The notes beneath the pieces were generated by a model. The model was not told where the DNA came from. It saw only the letters and a program-made list of their open reading frames with translations, and did not search any database. Made by a program: the position numbers and the translations under genes. A stretch of 64,000 nt of DNA from Myxococcota bacterium (lineage in GTDB: Bacteria; Myxococcota_A; UBA9160; JAFDDA01), in NCBI GenBank assembly GCA_965228475.1, contig OZ245817.1, positions 1,248,001 through 1,312,000 on the forward strand, in the 5' to 3' direction. Each line of letters starts with the position of its first letter. The first letter of the stretch is position 1. Shown one piece after another: positions 18,976-28,146 of the stretch.

Positions 18976-19926
18976 ATGAATTCGATGATCCAGAGAATCG
19001 CTTGGACGCTGGCGGCCGTCATCCTGGTCGTCAGCGTCGACCTCATCCACGCGCAGATCCCGCCGACCCTGAAGTCGGCCAAGGGCGAGGCGTACATTCC
19101 GCAGCCCCAGGTCGCGAAGACCGCGGCCCTCGGGTTCGACACCCTGGCAGCGGACTACTACTGGCTGCAGGCCATCCAACTCGTGGGCGGCGCCGTCGCC
19201 GACCCGACCCAGCACGGTTACACGATCGGCCGCCTGATCGACGTCGTGACCCAGCTGAACCCCTACGTCGAGCATCCCTACCGCTTCGCCGCGATCTGGA
19301 TGACGGCGACGGAGGAGGACGTGCGCTTCGCCAATCAGCTGATGGAGCGGGCGATCGAGCTCCATCCGGACGATTGGCGCAACCACTTCTACAAGGGCTT
19401 CAACCACTTCTACTACCTCCAGGAGTACCCGGAGGCGGCGGACGAGCTCGAAGCGGCCTCGAAGCTTCCCGGCGCGCCCGCCTACCTGAAGCGGCTCGTT
19501 CCGCGGCTGCGCTCCCAGGGAGAGGGTGGGCTCGGCGTCGCCGCGGCGATGCTCCAGGAGCTCCACCGCAATGCTCCGGGCGAGCGCGCCAAGGCCGAGT
19601 ACGCGAAGGCGCTCGACGAGATCGAGACCGAGCGCCGTGCGCTCAAGCTCGATGAAGCGCGCGAGGAGTACAAGCGCCGCAACGGCCGGGACATCGAACG
19701 GGTCGAGGATCTCGTGGCCGGACCGAACCCCGTGCTCGCGAAGCTCCCGCCCGAGCTCCACGGCTGGGAGTGGATCCTGCACGAGACGACCGGCGAAATC
19801 GTCTCCAGCTACTACAAGGCGCGGTACCAGGTGCACCAGCGCTACCGCCCGGGGCAGTTCACGCCCGGGCAGTCCGAATCCGCCGGCGAGGACGCTGGCA
19901 GCGAAGAGAAGGGGAGTCGGGGATGA
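18976..19926 (+). CDS. pilin-associated TPR-like protein (Myxococcus PilG / Geobacter XapA-like)
   Basis: N-terminal anchor, LAADYYWLQAIQ, HPDDWRNHFYKGFNHFYY; lies between the pilins and the ABC genes. Confidence 0.7.
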   Translation: MNSMIQRIAWTLAAVILVVSVDLIHAQIPPTLKSAKGEAYIPQPQVAKTAALGFDTLAADYYWLQAIQLVGGAVADPTQHGYTIGRLIDVVTQLNPYVEHPYRFAAIWMTATEEDVRFANQLMERAIELHPDDWRNHFYKGFNHFYYLQEYPEAADELEAASKLPGAPAYLKRLVPRLRSQGEGGLGVAAAMLQELHRNAPGERAKAEYAKALDEIETERRALKLDEAREEYKRRNGRDIERVEDLVAGPNPVLAKLPPELHGWEWILHETTGEIVSSYYKARYQVHQRYRPGQFTPGQSESAGEDAGSEEKGSRG

Positions 19927-20888
19927 CGAGGGAAGGCCATGAAGTCGTCCGCGTCGAGGGGCTGGTCAAGGATTTCCGGCCCGGGCTCGGGCTGCGCGCG
20001 AAGCGGATCCTGGACGGGATCTCGATCACCGTGCACGAGAACGAGATCTACGGGTTCGTCGGCCCGAACGGAGCCGGCAAGACCACCACGCTGAAGACCC
20101 TGATGGGCCTGATCCGCCCGACGGCGGGCTCGGCGACCATCCTCGGGCACGACATCCGGGAGTCCGCCTTCCGCAAGCACGTCGGGTTCCTCCCGGAGGT
20201 CTCGTACTTCTACGACTACCTGACCGGGAGCGAGTTCCTCGACTTCTACGCACGCCTCTCGGGCCTGTCGCGCGCGGAGCGCCCGGCCCGGATCGAGCAG
20301 CTCCTCGGCTGGGTGGGTCTCTCCCACGCGGCCGACGCCCGCCTGCGCACCTACTCGAAGGGCATGCTCCAGCGCATCGGCATCGCCCAGGCCCTGATCC
20401 ACGACCCGCAGGTGGTGTTCCTCGACGAGCCCATGAGCGGCCTCGACCCGCTCGGGCGCAAGGAGATCCGGGACCTCATCCTGCGCCTCAAGCGTGACGG
20501 CAAGACGGTCTTCATGAACACCCACATCCTCTCGGACGTCGAGATGGTGTGCGATCGCGTCGCGATCATCGTGAAGGGCAAGATCCGCTACGAGGGACGC
20601 ATCGAGGAGTTCATCGCCGAAGAGAACAAGCAGTCGGACATCGTGTTCTCCTCGCTCGCGCCGGAGTTCGCGGCGCGGCTCGAGCAGCAGTACGGCTGTG
20701 AGCTCCGGGGGCACGGCCAGCAGGTCGAGGCGCGCGTGCTCGAGAAGCACACCAACGAGGTCCTCCAGGCCGCGATCACGGAGGGCGTTTCGATCGCCTC
20801 CGTGAGTCCGGTCCGGGTCTCTCTCGAGTCGATCTTCCTGAAGACGGTGGAAGAGTCCGCGGCGGGCGCTTCCGGGGAGGGTTCGTAA
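19923..20888 (+). CDS. ABC transporter ATP-binding protein (PilH-like)
   Basis: [24 protein letters not shown]. Confidence 0.92.
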   Translation: MTREGHEVVRVEGLVKDFRPGLGLRAKRILDGISITVHENEIYGFVGPNGAGKTTTLKTLMGLIRPTAGSATILGHDIRESAFRKHVGFLPEVSYFYDYLTGSEFLDFYARLSGLSRAERPARIEQLLGWVGLSHAADARLRTYSKGMLQRIGIAQALIHDPQVVFLDEPMSGLDPLGRKEIRDLILRLKRDGKTVFMNTHILSDVEMVCDRVAIIVKGKIRYEGRIEEFIAEENKQSDIVFSSLAPEFAARLEQQYGCELRGHGQQVEARVLEKHTNEVLQAAITEGVSIASVSPVRVSLESIFLKTVEESAAGASGEGS

Positions 20889-21659
20889 GTGTTCGGTCGC
20901 ATCTTCACCATCGCCACCAACACGGTCCGCGAGGCGATCCGCAACAAGGTGCTCTACGCCCTGGTGTTCTTCGCCGTGATCCTGATCGGCGTCGGCGTGC
21001 TGCTCTCGACGCTCTCCTACGTCGAGCAGGAGCGCATCATCCAGGACGTCGGCCTCTCGGCCACGCGGATGTTCAGCGCCCTGATCGCGGTCTTTCTCGG
21101 CGTCGGCTTGATCCACAAGGAGGTCGACCGCCGCACGATCTACACGATCGTGACCAAGGCCGTGGCGCGCTGGGAGTTCCTCGTCGGCAAGTACCTCGGC
21201 CTGGTGGCGACGGTCTGGATGCAGGTCGTCATCATGAGCGCTGCCTTCCTCGCGGTCTCGTGGATGACGGGCGCTCCGATCCAGGCGCAGCACTTCTACG
21301 CGCTCCTCCTGACCGCTGCCGAAGTGGCGCTTCTGATCGCGATCGCGACGTTCTTCTCGGCCTTCACCACGCCGATGCTGGCCTCGTTCTTCACGGGTGG
21401 TCTCTACGTGGTCGGGCACCTGACGCGCGATCTGCGGCAGCTCGGGAGCCAGTCCGACGTCGAATCCGTCCAGCTCGTGGCGATGTGGCTCCACCGCATC
21501 CTGCCGGACCTCGAGAGCTTCAACCTGACGGTGGAAGCGCTCCACGGGCTGCCGGTGACGCCGGCCGAAGTCGCATGGCCGCTCCTCTACGGCGCGGTCT
21601 ATGCCACGGTCGTGCTGATGGCAGCCGCGGTGGTGTTCCAGCGCAAGGACTTCCGCTAA
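20889..21659 (+). CDS. ABC-2 type permease (PilI-like)
   Basis: IATNTVREAIRNK, KEVDRRTIYTI, about 6 TM segments, terminal FQRKDFR. Confidence 0.88.
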   Translation: MFGRIFTIATNTVREAIRNKVLYALVFFAVILIGVGVLLSTLSYVEQERIIQDVGLSATRMFSALIAVFLGVGLIHKEVDRRTIYTIVTKAVARWEFLVGKYLGLVATVWMQVVIMSAAFLAVSWMTGAPIQAQHFYALLLTAAEVALLIAIATFFSAFTTPMLASFFTGGLYVVGHLTRDLRQLGSQSDVESVQLVAMWLHRILPDLESFNLTVEALHGLPVTPAEVAWPLLYGAVYATVVLMAAAVVFQRKDFR

Positions 21660-21668
21660 AGGTCGGCC

Positions 21669-22529
21669 ATGGTTCTCCCGCCGACGCTCCTCGCCCTGGG
21701 CCTGCTCCTCGGGCTGCTCGTCGGCTCGTTCCTGAACGTCGTGGTCCATCGCCTGCCGCGCGGCGAATCCGTCGTCTTCCCGGGCTCGCACTGCCCGGCT
21801 TGCGACGCGCCCGTGCGCCCCTGGGACAACCTCCCCGTGCTCTCCTGGCTGCTCCTGCGCGGTCGCTGCCGCGACTGCAAAGCGTCGATCTCACTTCGCT
21901 ACCCGCTCGTCGAGGCCGTGTGCGGCATGCTCTTCCTCGCGGTCTTCGCCCACTTCGGACTCACGGCCTACACGCTCCTCTACTGGGTCTTCGTCGCCGG
22001 CCTGCTGGCCGCGGCGCTGATCGACTTCGACCACCAGATCATTCCCGACGAGATCTCCCTCGGCGGCCTCGTGCTCGGGCTCGTCGCCTTCCCGGCGCTG
22101 GCCTGGCAGCAGGGCGCTCCGCTCGGCGAAGCGCTTCGCCCGGCCCTCTCCGGCGCGCTGCTCGGCGGCGGGCTGCTCTGGATGGTCGGCTTCGTCCATG
22201 CGCGGCTCTCGGTGGCCTTCGGGCGCACCTTCCCCCACTGGCCCGGCGAAGGCGAATCCCTCCCGCGCCCGTCGAGCCTCGACTACTGGACCTGGTTCCC
22301 GGGCATGGGCTTCGGCGACGTGAAACTCCTCGCGATGATCGGCGCCTTCCTCGGCCCGGCCGGCGTCCTGGAGACGATCTTCGCGGCGGCCGTGCTGGGC
22401 CTGCTGTTCGGGCTCGCCACCATGCTCGTCACCCGCGACGCCCGCGTCCCCTTCGGGTTCGGCCCGGCGATCGCGGTGGGGGCCGTCGCGGTGCTGCTCT
22501 CGCCCGTGCACTTCCTGACCGCGGTCTAG
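21669..22529 (+). CDS. pilD: prepilin peptidase/N-methyltransferase
   Basis: GSFLNVVVHRLP, SHCPAC...GRCRDC, IDFDHQIIPD, GMGFGDVKL, FGPAI. Confidence 0.95.
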   Translation: MVLPPTLLALGLLLGLLVGSFLNVVVHRLPRGESVVFPGSHCPACDAPVRPWDNLPVLSWLLLRGRCRDCKASISLRYPLVEAVCGMLFLAVFAHFGLTAYTLLYWVFVAGLLAAALIDFDHQIIPDEISLGGLVLGLVAFPALAWQQGAPLGEALRPALSGALLGGGLLWMVGFVHARLSVAFGRTFPHWPGEGESLPRPSSLDYWTWFPGMGFGDVKLLAMIGAFLGPAGVLETIFAAAVLGLLFGLATMLVTRDARVPFGFGPAIAVGAVAVLLSPVHFLTAV

Positions 22530-22550
22530 GTCGGCACCGCCCGACCGGCC

Positions 22551-22578
22551 TCAACCGATCCCCCGACGTGGCCGATGT
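22551..22578 (+). promoter_or_regulatory. sigma28/FliA-like promoter motif
   Basis: TCAAC-N15-GCCGATGT, followed 7 nt later by ATG 22586. Confidence 0.55.
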
Positions 22579-22585
22579 AGGTTCG

Positions 22586-24745
22586 ATGCGGGAGGGGTCC
22601 ACGCGCGTTCTTCGAGTCCTCGGGCTGTGCGCCTTGGGGGGGCTTGCCCTCGCCTGCAATCGGGTCGAGACGACCGCGGCGCCGAGTCCGGCTCCGGCGG
22701 CCGCGCAGGAGGCCAACGGCCCGAAGCCCGACGTCCTGTTCGTGACCATCGACACGCTCCGGGCCGATCACGTCGGCGCCTACGGCGCGGACTTCGCCCG
22801 GACGCCGACGCTCGATTCCCTCGCCGCCGCGGGGGTCCGCTTCGAGACCGCGATCGCCGCGACGCCCATCACGCTGCCTTCCCACGCGACCCTGCTGACG
22901 GGCACGCGGCCGCCGCGCCACGGCGTGCGACACAACGGAACGTTCAAACTCGGCGAAGAGCTCCCGACCCTGGCCGAAGGCTTCGCCGCGGCGGGCTACC
23001 GCACCGCGGCGGTGGTCGGCGCCGTGGTCCTGCGCGCGCGCTACGGGCTCGCGCGCGGGTTCGAGCACTACGACGACCGCATCGGAACCCGGAAGGCCGG
23101 GTCCGCCGGATTCCTCGAACGGACGGCCCGCGAGGTCACCGACGCCGCGCTCGCCCGGCTCGCGGCGGCCGACGACGCGCCGATCTTCCTCTGGGTGCAC
23201 TACTACGACCCGCACCTCGACCACCGCGCACCGCCGGAGTTCGCGGAGCGCTTCCCCGGGCGTCCCTACGACGCGGAGATCGCCTACGTCGACGCGGAGC
23301 TCGGCCGCCTGCTCGCGGGCTTCGCCGAGCGCGGCCGCGAGCCGCTCGTCTCGGTGACCTCCGACCACGGCGAGAGCCTCGGCGAACACGGCGAACTCAA
23401 TCACGGACTCACCCTCTACGACGCCGTGACCCGCGTGCCCTGGATCGTCGCGGGCCCCGGGGTTCCGGAGGGAAGCGTCGTTGCGGGGATCGCCCGCGCC
23501 GTCGACGTCGCGCCGACGCTCCTCGCGCTCGCGGACCTGCCCGCCCCGTCGACCGCGGAGGGCGTGGATCTTTCGGCCGCCTTCGTCGGGGGCCGCACCG
23601 AGGTCGACTGGGCCTACGCCGAGAGCCTTCTGCCCGAGCTCGACTTCGGCTGGGCGCCGCTGCACGCGATCCGGACGCCGGACCGCCTCTACGTGCGGGC
23701 GCCGCGCCCCGAGCTCTACGCCGTCCGGGAGGATCCCGGCCAGGAGCGCGACCTCGCGGGCCGCGCCGAGTCCGCCGTCGAAATGGAGCGGCTCGACGCC
23801 CACGTGGCGACCGTGCTCGCGAGCGAGGCAGGGGAGGGCGCGCCGTCGCGCATCGCCCTCGATCCCGACGAGCGCGCGCGTCTCCAGGCGCTCGGCTACG
23901 CCCTGCCCGAGGCACCCGTGGCAGCGACCGGCCTCGATCCGAAGGACGGCCTCCGCCACCAGACCCTCGTTCAGTCTGGCGCACACGCCCTGGCCGAGGG
24001 GCGCTACGCCGAGGCCGAGACCTCGCTCCGGCGCTTCCTCGAAGTCGCGCCCGAGAGCGCCCGCGCCCACGGTCTGCTCGCTTCGACGCTGCTCTACTCG
24101 GGGCGCGCCAAGGAAGCGCTGCCCCACGCGGACCGCGCCATCGAGATCGACCCGCGCCCGGCCCACCGCTACGCCGAGCGCGCGGAGATCCGCCTGCTCA
24201 CCGGGGACGAGGCGGGCGCCCGGGAGGACTTCGAGCGCGCCGAGGCGATCGACCCCGAGGATGCCTGGGTGCAGATGGGCGTGCTCTGGCTGCGGCTGCG
24301 CGAGGGAGCCTTCCCCGCCGCGGCCGAGGCCGCGCGCCGGGCCTTCGCCCTGGCACCGAACGACGCCTTCGTGCGGCTGCGCGTCGGGCTGCTCTGGCGC
24401 GAGGCCGGTGCCTTCCGTCCGGCGCTCGAGAGCTTCCGCGACGCCGTCCGCCTGCGGCCGGACTTCGAACTCGCGCAGATGCACCTGGCCCTCGAGTTCG
24501 CGCGGATCGGTCAGGCCGAGGCCGCGCTGACGCATCACCGGAAGGCCGGTGCCCACCGCTACGACCTCTCCCTCGCGACTCCGCTGGCCATGGCCTTCGC
24601 GGCCGCGGGCGAACTCGAAGCGAGCCGCGCCCTCCTGGCGAAGCTCGAAGCGAAGCACCCGGACGACCCCCGCGTCGCCCGGGCCCGGCAGTTCCTCGAA
24701 CGGGCCGAAGGCCCGAATCCCTCGAAGCAAGGAGAAGGGACGTGA
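22586..24745 (+). CDS. sulfatase-like hydrolase/transferase lipoprotein with C-terminal TPRs (copy 1)
   Basis: Lipobox LALAC; VTIDTLRADH, ITLPSHATLLTG, HYYDPH, SDHGE; TPR tail. Confidence 0.88.
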   Translation: MREGSTRVLRVLGLCALGGLALACNRVETTAAPSPAPAAAQEANGPKPDVLFVTIDTLRADHVGAYGADFARTPTLDSLAAAGVRFETAIAATPITLPSHATLLTGTRPPRHGVRHNGTFKLGEELPTLAEGFAAAGYRTAAVVGAVVLRARYGLARGFEHYDDRIGTRKAGSAGFLERTAREVTDAALARLAAADDAPIFLWVHYYDPHLDHRAPPEFAERFPGRPYDAEIAYVDAELGRLLAGFAERGREPLVSVTSDHGESLGEHGELNHGLTLYDAVTRVPWIVAGPGVPEGSVVAGIARAVDVAPTLLALADLPAPSTAEGVDLSAAFVGGRTEVDWAYAESLLPELDFGWAPLHAIRTPDRLYVRAPRPELYAVREDPGQERDLAGRAESAVEMERLDAHVATVLASEAGEGAPSRIALDPDERARLQALGYALPEAPVAATGLDPKDGLRHQTLVQSGAHALAEGRYAEAETSLRRFLEVAPESARAHGLLASTLLYSGRAKEALPHADRAIEIDPRPAHRYAERAEIRLLTGDEAGAREDFERAEAIDPEDAWVQMGVLWLRLREGAFPAAAEAARRAFALAPNDAFVRLRVGLLWREAGAFRPALESFRDAVRLRPDFELAQMHLALEFARIGQAEAALTHHRKAGAHRYDLSLATPLAMAFAAAGELEASRALLAKLEAKHPDDPRVARARQFLERAEGPNPSKQGEGT

Positions 24746-26892
24746 CGTCTCTCGCCCGAACCCTCGTGAATCTCCGCCGCCTCGGCGCTGCACTCTGGCT
24801 CCTGCCGGGGCTGGCACTGCCCGGTTGCAACCTGATCGACACGTCGCCGAAGCCGCCGGCCGATGCGACCTCCGTCGTCCTGGTGACGATCGATACGCTC
24901 CGGGCCGACCACGTCGGCGCCTACGGCGCGGACTTCGCCCGGACGCCGACGCTCGATGCACTCGCCGCCGAGGGCGTGCTCTTCGAGACCGCGATCACCG
25001 CGACGCCGCTGACGCTGCCCTCCCACGCGACGCTCTTCACCGGGCAGGACGCGCCGCAGCACGGCGTGCGCCACAACGGCACGTTCCGCCTCGCCGAAGA
25101 GGCCACCACCCTGGCCGAGCGATTCCAGGCGGCCGGCTGGTCGACGGGCGCCTTCATCGGCGCGGTCGTCCTGAAGGCGCGTTTCGGCCTCGCCCAGGGC
25201 TTCGACGTCTACGACGACGACGTGCAGGGCAAGAAGTCCGCGCCCGGCGGCTTCGTCGAGCGCACCGCCGGCGAGGTCGTGGACGCGGCGACCGCCTGGC
25301 TCGATCGCACGGAAGGCCCGTTCTTCCTGTGGCTCCACGTCTACGACCCGCACATGGATCACCGGGCGCCCGAGCCCTTCGCGTCCCAGTTCCCGGATCG
25401 CCCCTACGATGCGGAGATCGCCTACACCGACGCGCAGATGGGCCGGCTCGTCGAACACCTCCGCGCGCGCGGCCGCCTCGACGACACCCTGGTCGTGATG
25501 ACCTCGGACCACGGCGAGAGCCTCGGCGAGCACGGCGAGCGCACGCACTCGACGGCGCTCTACGATTCGGTCCTGAAGATCCCGCTGATCCTGCGCGGGC
25601 CGGGGCTTCCCGCGGGCCGCGTCGTGCCCGGCGTCGTCCGGCTGAAGGACGTCGCCCCGACGATCCTCGGCCAGGCGGGCCTGCCCGCGCTCGAGGCGAG
25701 CGACGGCGTCGACCTGACGCCGCGCTTCCGGGCGGAAGCGCCCGGGGAGCCGCTCACGGCCTACTCCGAGACGCTCGCGACCCTGCTCGACCACGGCTGG
25801 GCGCCGCTGCACTCCATCCGCACGGACGAGTGGCTCTACGTGCGCTCGCCGCGCCCGGAGCTCTACGCGGTGGAGGAAGATCCCCGCCAGCTCGACAACC
25901 TGGTCGACTCCGCACCCGAACGCGCACAGCCTCACCAGGAGCGGCTCGATGCGGAGGTCGAGACGACCCTCGCCGGTGAGCAGCAGAGCACCACCCTCGA
26001 GCTCGACGCCACGACGCGCGATCAGCTCCACGCCCTCGGCTACGCCGTCACCGAAGCGCCCGTGCAGGAGACGGGCATCGACCCGAAGGACGGCCGCAAG
26101 TACCTGCCGATTCTCCATCGCGCGATGGCCGCCTACGAGGCCGGGAACTCGGAGCTGGCCGAGAAGCTCTTCCTGAAGGTGGCCGAGAAGCTCCCGGGGA
26201 GCGCACGCACCCACTCCCAGCTGGCGTCGATCTACTATCACGATGGACGACCGAAGCGGGCGCTGCGCCACGTGGAGCTCGCGATCTCCCTCGACCCGCG
26301 CATGGCGATGAACCACGCCGTCCGCGCGGAGATCCTGCTCGGCATGGGGCGGCGCGCCGACGCGCGCGAGGCCTATCGCGAGGCGATCACCCTGGATCCG
26401 GCGGCGCCGTGGTCGAAGGTCGGCGCGATGTGGGAAGCGCTCGAAGACGAAAAGCCCGAGGTCGCGGCCCGCTTCGCGCGGGAGGCGCTCGACGACGACC
26501 CGGGCAACACGGGCGTCTTCCTGCGCGTGGCCTCACTCTGGGCCGAGCATGGCGTCTACGAGGAGGCGGCCCGGGTACTCGAGGAGGCGCTCGTGGCCAA
26601 CCCGCGCTCGAGCTTCACCCGCATGCGTCTGGCGATCGAGTACGCGCGCACGAAGCGTCCCGAGCAGGCCCTCGCGGAGCTCGAGCTCGCCGGGCGGCAT
26701 GCCACGAACCCGAAGCTCGGCACGGCCCTCGGCCGCGCCTTCGCCTCGGTCGGGGATTTCGCCCGGGCCGAGACGCAGCTTCGCGCCGTCCTGGCCGAGC
26801 ACCCCGACTCCGCGTTCGCCCAGGAATCCCTGGCGCGCGTGACGGCGTGGCAGGAGAAGCTCGCGGCACCCGAGGGTGCCGGCAGCGGCTAG
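24742..26892 (+). CDS. sulfatase-like hydrolase/transferase lipoprotein with C-terminal TPRs (copy 2)
   Basis: GTGA overlap with copy 1; lipobox ALPGC; VTIDTLRADH, LTLPSHATLFTG, HVYDPH, SDHGE. Confidence 0.88.
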   Translation: MTSLARTLVNLRRLGAALWLLPGLALPGCNLIDTSPKPPADATSVVLVTIDTLRADHVGAYGADFARTPTLDALAAEGVLFETAITATPLTLPSHATLFTGQDAPQHGVRHNGTFRLAEEATTLAERFQAAGWSTGAFIGAVVLKARFGLAQGFDVYDDDVQGKKSAPGGFVERTAGEVVDAATAWLDRTEGPFFLWLHVYDPHMDHRAPEPFASQFPDRPYDAEIAYTDAQMGRLVEHLRARGRLDDTLVVMTSDHGESLGEHGERTHSTALYDSVLKIPLILRGPGLPAGRVVPGVVRLKDVAPTILGQAGLPALEASDGVDLTPRFRAEAPGEPLTAYSETLATLLDHGWAPLHSIRTDEWLYVRSPRPELYAVEEDPRQLDNLVDSAPERAQPHQERLDAEVETTLAGEQQSTTLELDATTRDQLHALGYAVTEAPVQETGIDPKDGRKYLPILHRAMAAYEAGNSELAEKLFLKVAEKLPGSARTHSQLASIYYHDGRPKRALRHVELAISLDPRMAMNHAVRAEILLGMGRRADAREAYREAITLDPAAPWSKVGAMWEALEDEKPEVAARFAREALDDDPGNTGVFLRVASLWAEHGVYEEAARVLEEALVANPRSSFTRMRLAIEYARTKRPEQALAELELAGRHATNPKLGTALGRAFASVGDFARAETQLRAVLAEHPDSAFAQESLARVTAWQEKLAAPEGAGSG

Positions 26893-26911
26893 CCGAGGCG
26901 GCGCCAGGGCG

Positions 26912-27400
26912 TCAGCAGGGGAAGAGCAGGATCACCCGCGTCCCGAGACCCGGATCCGAATCGACGCGCAGGGCGCCGCCCTGGGCACGCATCAGTCGCC
27001 GCGCGACGAACAGGTCGACGCTGCGCGGCGCGCCGGTGTCGTGCACTTCGACGAAGACGTAGAGCCCCGGTGCCAGGCCGCGCAGCAGACAGTCGCGCGG
27101 GTAGGTCGGCGAGGCGAACGGCACGTCGTGCCGCGCGATGCCGGTGCTGACGGAGACCGTGCCCCACTCGTCACCGATGGCGTGGGTCGCGTCGTCGAGC
27201 AGCTCGTCGAGGATTTCGCGGACGGCGCCCGAATCGAGACCCACCCAGGGGAGCCGCTCGGGCAGGTCGACGTCGAGTCCGGCGCGCAGCGAGTCGGCCG
27301 GTGCGCGCTTGGCGAGCGTGTCGCGAACGAGGACCGAAAGGTCCGTCGGGTGGAGCTTCTGGCGGCGGACCTGGCTTTCGACTCTCGACGTGTCGGGCAT
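26912..27400 (-). CDS. stand-alone degenerate HATPase_c-like protein
   Basis: DLPERLPWV...EILDELLDDATHAI...YVFVEVHDTG...GGALRVDSDPGLGTRVILLFP; strong GGAGGAGG SD; no H-box or sensor domain. Confidence 0.7.
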   Translation of the reverse strand: MPDTSRVESQVRRQKLHPTDLSVLVRDTLAKRAPADSLRAGLDVDLPERLPWVGLDSGAVREILDELLDDATHAIGDEWGTVSVSTGIARHDVPFASPTYPRDCLLRGLAPGLYVFVEVHDTGAPRSVDLFVARRLMRAQGGALRVDSDPGLGTRVILLFPC

Positions 27401-27537
27401 TGGGGGTACCTCCTCCGGCAAACTAGCCGCTGGTCGGGCGCGGGGTCGTCGGGGATTGGATGCATTGGACTCCCGATCGATTCGAGTCGAACGAAAGCCA
27501 GGGGTCGGCGCCGGGCGGCGCCCGCTAGACTCCCGCC

Positions 27538-28137
27538 ATGCCCGAGGAGAGCGAGAAGACCCCGCTGCGCGGAAAAGCGGCCACCCAGGAGCGGATCCTG
27601 GTGGCGGCGACGGAGCTCTTCCTCACGGCCGGCTACGAGCGCACCACCATGGCCGAGGTCGGCGAGCACGCCGGCGTCTCCCGGGCCACGGTGTTCTGGC
27701 ACTTCAGCGACAAGGCGAGCCTCTTCCGCGAGGCCTTCAACCGGCTGCTCGAACCGATCCGCGCCTCCCTGGCCCGGGACTTCGGCGACCTCCCCCCGCA
27801 CAAGGAGCTCGAGGAGCGCGTGGCGGTCTACGACCGCTTCGTCGCCGAGCACCGGGAGGCGATCATCGGCTTCGTGCGCTGGGCGATGGAGGCGACGGAC
27901 TCGCGTGAGTGGCTGATCGCCACCCTGCTCGATCTCCATCAGCGCTTCGTCGGCGGGTTGACGGAGACGGTGGCGCGCTGCATCGGGGAGGGGGGGGAAG
28001 CCAAGGCGCTGGCCCTCGGCCTCGCGGTCGCCATGGACGGCGACCTCTTCCTCTCGTTCTTCGACCCTTCGCCGCGGCGCGGCGAGGACCGCAAGGCCGC
28101 CATCGCGGCGCTCCTCGAGAAGATCCGCGCGCGCTAG
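27538..28137 (+). CDS. TetR/AcrR family regulator
   Basis: ERILVAATELF...TTMAEVGEHAGVSRATVFWHFSDK. Confidence 0.9.
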   Translation: MPEESEKTPLRGKAATQERILVAATELFLTAGYERTTMAEVGEHAGVSRATVFWHFSDKASLFREAFNRLLEPIRASLARDFGDLPPHKELEERVAVYDRFVAEHREAIIGFVRWAMEATDSREWLIATLLDLHQRFVGGLTETVARCIGEGGEAKALALGLAVAMDGDLFLSFFDPSPRRGEDRKAAIAALLEKIRAR

Positions 28138-28146
28138 CCGGCGCCG

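Noticed and set aside
27474..27493. Imperfect palindrome CGATCGATTCGAGTCGAACG as a TetR operator
   Set aside because: Only 8 of 10 positions pair and it is built from TCGA words common in this genome; too weak to call
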